Of a stretch of 41,188 nucleotides of DNA, positions 37,496 to 41,188 are shown in pieces (the first letter of the stretch is position 1; every line of letters begins with the position of its first letter). This DNA is from Candidatus Sericytochromatia bacterium (GTDB taxonomy: Bacteria > Cyanobacteriota > Sericytochromatia > JACMPN01): positions 1 to 41,188 of the forward strand of contig JACMPN010000146.1 in NCBI GenBank assembly GCA_014377495.1. The letters are read 5' to 3'. Made by a program: the position numbers and the translations under genes. The notes beneath the pieces were generated by a model that saw nothing but the letters and a program-made list of their open reading frames with translations, did not search any database and was not told the origin of the DNA.

Positions 37496-39097
37496 TTGAA
37501 ATTTCGTCAGCAACCCACCACTGTCACTCCCGCCGTCGCCCTGCTCGCCGGTTTGTGCGGGATGGTGGCAGGATTCGCCTTCACCTGGCGGGCCGGCGGC
37601 GTCCTCATGTGGGTGGCCCTCGTTCCTTTGTTTGCCCTGTTGTGGGTGCGGCCCCTGACTGTCTCCCGGGGATTTTGGCTGTCCGGCAGTTGGGGGATCG
37701 GATTCTTCCTCGCCAGCTACCGTTTCATGACCGCCCTCCATCCGTTGACGTGGCGGGGGTTCTCCGATCTTGAAAGTCTGCTGATCAGCTATGGCGGGGC
37801 CTGGCTCGGGCTCAGTCTCGTTTCGGCCGTCGGTTTGGGTCTGTGGGGGGCCGTGATCGGGCTGATCCGTCCGACGGGCTGGTCACGGGTCTGGGTGCCG
37901 GCGGCGGCGTGGATGATCTGGGAGTGGGCCCAGCGTCTCGGGCCCTTTGCCATGCCCTGGGACGTCCTGGCTGTCAGCCAGGTCGGCTACCCGGCTTTTT
38001 TGCAGATCGGTGCCGTCGCCGGTTCGGTGGCGGTCGCCGGCCTGATCGTTGCGGTGAACGCCGGTCTCGCCAGTGTCGTGGCGGATTTCCGCCTGCGCCA
38101 GTGGACCAGTTGGCGCTACCTCGTGGTGCTGTTGGTCCTGGCCGGGATCAACGCGGGCGGCGGCATCTGGTATCTCGGCGGCCAGCCCAAGGCTGAAGTG
38201 GGCAACATGCGGGTCGGCGTCGTCCAGGGCAACTTCCGGCCGGACCAGAAATGGCAGCGTGACGCCCTGCGGGAGATGTTCGACGTCTACAAGCGCCTGA
38301 GCGAAGCGGTGGCCGGCGACGGGGTCAACCTGATCGTCTGGCCCGAAACGGCGATGCCGGTGGCCCTCGATCGGTTCGCCGGGGCCAACAAAGCCATCGC
38401 TGATCTGGCCATGCGCACGCAGACGCCGATCCTGGTGGGCGCCCTTGATCAAAAACCCGCTGCCCCTCCGGCCGACCCCCATAACCGCGTCGGCAAGCCG
38501 GCCGTGCCGGGCCCGTACAATGCGACGGCCCTCTTTCGGGAGGACGGGACCCGTTCGGAGTGGTATCACAAGCGGCACCTGGTGCCTTTCGGTGAATATA
38601 TGCCGGGAGGCAGGTGGCTCGCCGCACTCCTGCCGCAGATCAACGCCCTGCCGGAGGACGTCCAGGCCGGGGCGACAACGGGCGTCATCGCCTTGGGCGG
38701 CCTGCGCCTGGGCACGCTGATCTGTTACGAATCCCTGTTTCCGGCGCTGGCCGCCGATTCCGTCCGGGACGGCGCCGACCTGTTGCTGGTCATCACCAAC
38801 GACGGCTGGTACAAACGGTCGTCCGCCATGCACCAGCATCTCGGTCAGGCGGCACTGCGGGCCGTCGAGACTCACCGCTCCGTCGTCCGGGCAGCCAACA
38901 CGGGGATCAGTGCCTTTATCGACCCCTTCGGCCGGATTAGCGCCGAGACGCCGATCGATGCCAGGACGACCTTGACGGGGGCCGTCACCCCGAGGGGTGA
39001 GCGGACACCCTACGTGCGGTGGGGGGATTGGGTGATCGCCCTGGCCGCCGCCCTGCTCGTCTGTCGGGCCGCCATGAGCATCTGGTGGCGGGAGTGA
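37496..39097 (+). CDS. lnt: Apolipoprotein N-acyltransferase, copy 1
   Basis: Polytopic N-terminal domain plus a nitrilase-fold domain with the E-K-C triad context (VWPETAMP, YHKRHLVPFGEY, LICYESLF). The TTG start is uncertain (no clear RBS; ATG 37562 is an alternative). Confidence 0.85.
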   Translation: MKFRQQPTTVTPAVALLAGLCGMVAGFAFTWRAGGVLMWVALVPLFALLWVRPLTVSRGFWLSGSWGIGFFLASYRFMTALHPLTWRGFSDLESLLISYGGAWLGLSLVSAVGLGLWGAVIGLIRPTGWSRVWVPAAAWMIWEWAQRLGPFAMPWDVLAVSQVGYPAFLQIGAVAGSVAVAGLIVAVNAGLASVVADFRLRQWTSWRYLVVLLVLAGINAGGGIWYLGGQPKAEVGNMRVGVVQGNFRPDQKWQRDALREMFDVYKRLSEAVAGDGVNLIVWPETAMPVALDRFAGANKAIADLAMRTQTPILVGALDQKPAAPPADPHNRVGKPAVPGPYNATALFREDGTRSEWYHKRHLVPFGEYMPGGRWLAALLPQINALPEDVQAGATTGVIALGGLRLGTLICYESLFPALAADSVRDGADLLLVITNDGWYKRSSAMHQHLGQAALRAVETHRSVVRAANTGISAFIDPFGRISAETPIDARTTLTGAVTPRGERTPYVRWGDWVIALAAALLVCRAAMSIWWRE

Positions 39098-39200
39098 CGC
39101 ACGGTCGTCATAGGACGGCCGATGATCGTCGAATGGGTGTCATCCGGTTGGGCCAGTACGGGCCTGCGGTATACTCGGCCCCGAAAGGTGGGCGATTACC

Positions 39201-40760
39201 GTGAGCACGATCCTGGCTGCCGCTCCCACGTGGACCGTGCGGCGCGCCGGTTGGCTGGCTGCAGTCAGCGGTCTCGCTTCCGGCATGGCGTTTATCTTGC
39301 CCCATTTGGGCTGGCTGCTCTGGTTCACGCTGATTCCGTTTTTCGTGGTCGTCTGGTCGGCTGACTGGCGTTGGTCGCGGCTGTGGCGGCTGTGTCTGGC
39401 CTGGGCCCTGCCCTACAATCTTTGCGGCATGTTTTTCCTGACGCAGCTGCACTCGCTGGAATGGCGGGGGCTGTCCCATACGCAGAGTCTGATTTTTGCC
39501 TATGGGGCCGCCTGGATCGGGGGCACCCTGGTGGTTGCTCCGCCCGTGCTGGCCTGGGGCTATGCCCTCTATCGGCTGCGGCCCACCGGGGTTTGGCGCT
39601 TCGTCACGCCGGCGGCCCTGTGGGTCGTCATGGAGTGGGCCCAGCGCCACCTGCCCCTGGCCATGCCGTGGAACCTGCTCGCCCTCAGCCAGATCGACTA
39701 TCCGGCCCTCGTCCAGATCACGGCCGTCACCGGTGCCTTGGGCGTTTCCGCCCTGATCGTGGCCGTGGCCAACGCCGTGGCTCTGGGGATCGTCAGCGGG
39801 GCCTGGCCGGCAGCCATGATGGCGGTCGGCGTGGCCGTGGTCAACGGGGTGGCCGGCTGGGCCTATCTGGCCACCCGGCCGGTGCCCGTGCCGGGGACCG
39901 GGGTGGCGGTGCAGATCCTGCAGGGCAACATGCGCCCCGACGTCAATTGGCAGCCATCGCTCTTTGCGGACATGCTCACGACCTACGAGACGATGACCCG
40001 GGGGGCGGCTCGCCACCACCCCAAGCTGATTGTTTGGCCCGAGTCGGCTTTGCCTGTGGACGTGCCCCACACGGCCTGGCTCACTCAGCGTCTGCAGGAT
40101 CTCGCCAAAGAGACGGGCGCCACGCTGGCGATCGGCACCCTGGAGACCCGGCCGGAGAACGGCCGGCTGCAGAACGACCTGGGCTTTTACGATCCCAATG
40201 GCTTGGCGATCCCCTGGTATCACAAGCGGCATCTGGTGCCGTTTGGCGAGTACACGCCGGGCGGCTCCGTCCTGAAGCCCGTGTTGCTGTCGATGGGCCT
40301 GGCGGCCGCCAACACCCTGCCGTCGGATGCCATGCCGGGCGACTCGGCGGCGCCGATCAGCGTGGCGGGGATGCAACTGGGGCCGTTGATCTGCTTTGAG
40401 ACGCTGTTCCCGAATGTCGTCCAGGAGTCGGTGGCGGCCGGTGCCGATGTGCTGATCGAGGGGGCGGACGACGCCTGGTTCAAACAGTCCAGCGCCCTGG
40501 CGCAGCACAATGGTCATGCGGCCCTGCGAGCCTTGGAGAATCACCGCTTCATCATGCGGGCGGCCAACACGGGCGTCAGCAGCATCATCGATCCGTACGG
40601 CCGGGTGGTGGCCACGATGGCGACGAATGAGCGGGGCACGGTCAGTGGCGAAGTCTGGCCGCACCGTGAACGGACGCCGGCCAGCCGCTGGCCCGACTGG
40701 TGGGTGGCGGCCTCGGTCCTGGTGATCGCGGTGGGCGGTTGGCGGGGGCGGCAACGATGA
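39201..40760 (+). CDS. lnt: Apolipoprotein N-acyltransferase, copy 2 (tandem paralog)
   Basis: Same architecture and triad context as copy 1 (VWPESALP, YHKRHLVPFGEY, LICFETLF). GTG start with aaaggtggg upstream. Confidence 0.88.
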   Translation: MSTILAAAPTWTVRRAGWLAAVSGLASGMAFILPHLGWLLWFTLIPFFVVVWSADWRWSRLWRLCLAWALPYNLCGMFFLTQLHSLEWRGLSHTQSLIFAYGAAWIGGTLVVAPPVLAWGYALYRLRPTGVWRFVTPAALWVVMEWAQRHLPLAMPWNLLALSQIDYPALVQITAVTGALGVSALIVAVANAVALGIVSGAWPAAMMAVGVAVVNGVAGWAYLATRPVPVPGTGVAVQILQGNMRPDVNWQPSLFADMLTTYETMTRGAARHHPKLIVWPESALPVDVPHTAWLTQRLQDLAKETGATLAIGTLETRPENGRLQNDLGFYDPNGLAIPWYHKRHLVPFGEYTPGGSVLKPVLLSMGLAAANTLPSDAMPGDSAAPISVAGMQLGPLICFETLFPNVVQESVAAGADVLIEGADDAWFKQSSALAQHNGHAALRALENHRFIMRAANTGVSSIIDPYGRVVATMATNERGTVSGEVWPHRERTPASRWPDWWVAASVLVIAVGGWRGRQR

Positions 40761-41188
40761 AATGGACTCAGGTGTTGGTGCCGGTGGTGGTCGTCTTCGG
40801 CCTGTGCGGCATGGGGTACTGGTTCTACACCCACCGGGCCCACAACCCGGCGGCTGTGCCCCCGCCCGCCAAACCGGACACGGAGATCGAGCTGCGCTTT
40901 CACAACGTGGAGCTGCGGGGCCGGAAGAACGGCCAAGGGCATTGGATCATCCGCTCGAAGCAGGTGGATGTGAGTCGGGATCAGCGCTACGCCTACCTGA
41001 AGCAGCGTCCGAACGGGACCTTTTTCAACATCAAGGACTGGAACCCGCCCGCCGCTCTCCCGGGCCAGGCTGGCGGCGAGCCCCGCAACCGCAGCTTCGA
41101 TTGGGAAGGTGATTCGGCCGAGTACGACACGGTGACCAACAACCTGAGCATCACCGGCAAGGCTGTGATCCGCACGGGCGCCAAAGAA
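40757..41188 (+). CDS. Partial ORF (runs off window): membrane-anchored LptC/OstA-like protein
   Basis: Not in the ORF track because it has no stop. The ATG overlaps the lnt2 TGA as ATGA. My translation is MKWTQVLVPVVVVFGLCGMGYWFY...ELRFHNVELRGRKNGQGHWIIRSKQVDV...SAEYDTVTNNLSITGKAVIRTGAKE, 144 codons without a stop. Third positions are G/C-rich. The pattern is an N-terminal TM helix followed by beta-rich repeats. Confidence 0.55.
   Translation, partial: MKWTQVLVPVVVVFGLCGMGYWFYTHRAHNPAAVPPPAKPDTEIELRFHNVELRGRKNGQGHWIIRSKQVDVSRDQRYAYLKQRPNGTFFNIKDWNPPAALPGQAGGEPRNRSFDWEGDSAEYDTVTNNLSITGKAVIRTGAKE

Noticed and set aside
40762-41112. Track ORF MDSGVGAGGG... (116 aa)
   Set aside because: It is Gly/Arg/Pro-rich and featureless. 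The overlapping frame starting at 40757 gives a TM helix plus a structured sequence, has G/C-rich third positions and is ATGA-coupled to lnt2.

Overview
GC-rich chromosomal window (third codon positions are mostly G/C) from a diderm bacterium of unidentified lineage. It is densely coding, mostly housekeeping, and has many 4-nt ATGA start/stop overlaps. I saw no rRNA, tRNA, CRISPR or mobile-element genes. Left to right: a Gly/Tyr-rich repeat protein with a strong terminator; a GAF-GAF class III nucleotidyl cyclase; an orphan protein; an MBL-fold hydrolase; a TetR regulator convergent with an MFS pump. Then on the minus strand a caa3-type (A2 subtype) cytochrome c oxidase operon, ctaC-ctaD-ctaA-ctaB-ctaG plus a small membrane protein, with no subunit III. 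Next comes mrdA-minC-minD-minE-rodA, then an EamA-like small transporter, a secreted rhodanese, and cysS-mrnC. Next is a MacB/Dev-type tripartite exporter operon (ATPase-TolC-HlyD ... FtsX permease) interrupted by a stand-alone SPASM Fe-S protein and a 70-aa protein. After that: a divergent orphan protein; a soluble GAF-PAS histidine kinase; a four-gene minus-strand operon (PD40 propeller, membrane-anchored protein, TPR lipoprotein, fused CpaE/TadZ-like + CpaF/TadA-like ATPase); an SNase-like nuclease; glmS; two tandem lnt paralogs; and a translationally coupled partial LptC-like ORF running off the window. The best candidates for something undescribed are the SPASM-only/70-aa pair embedded in the exporter operon and the orphan TadZ-CpaF fusion operon. 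The bacterial GGY-repeat protein comes third. Hairpin and repeat coordinates were read by eye and may be off by 1-2 nt.
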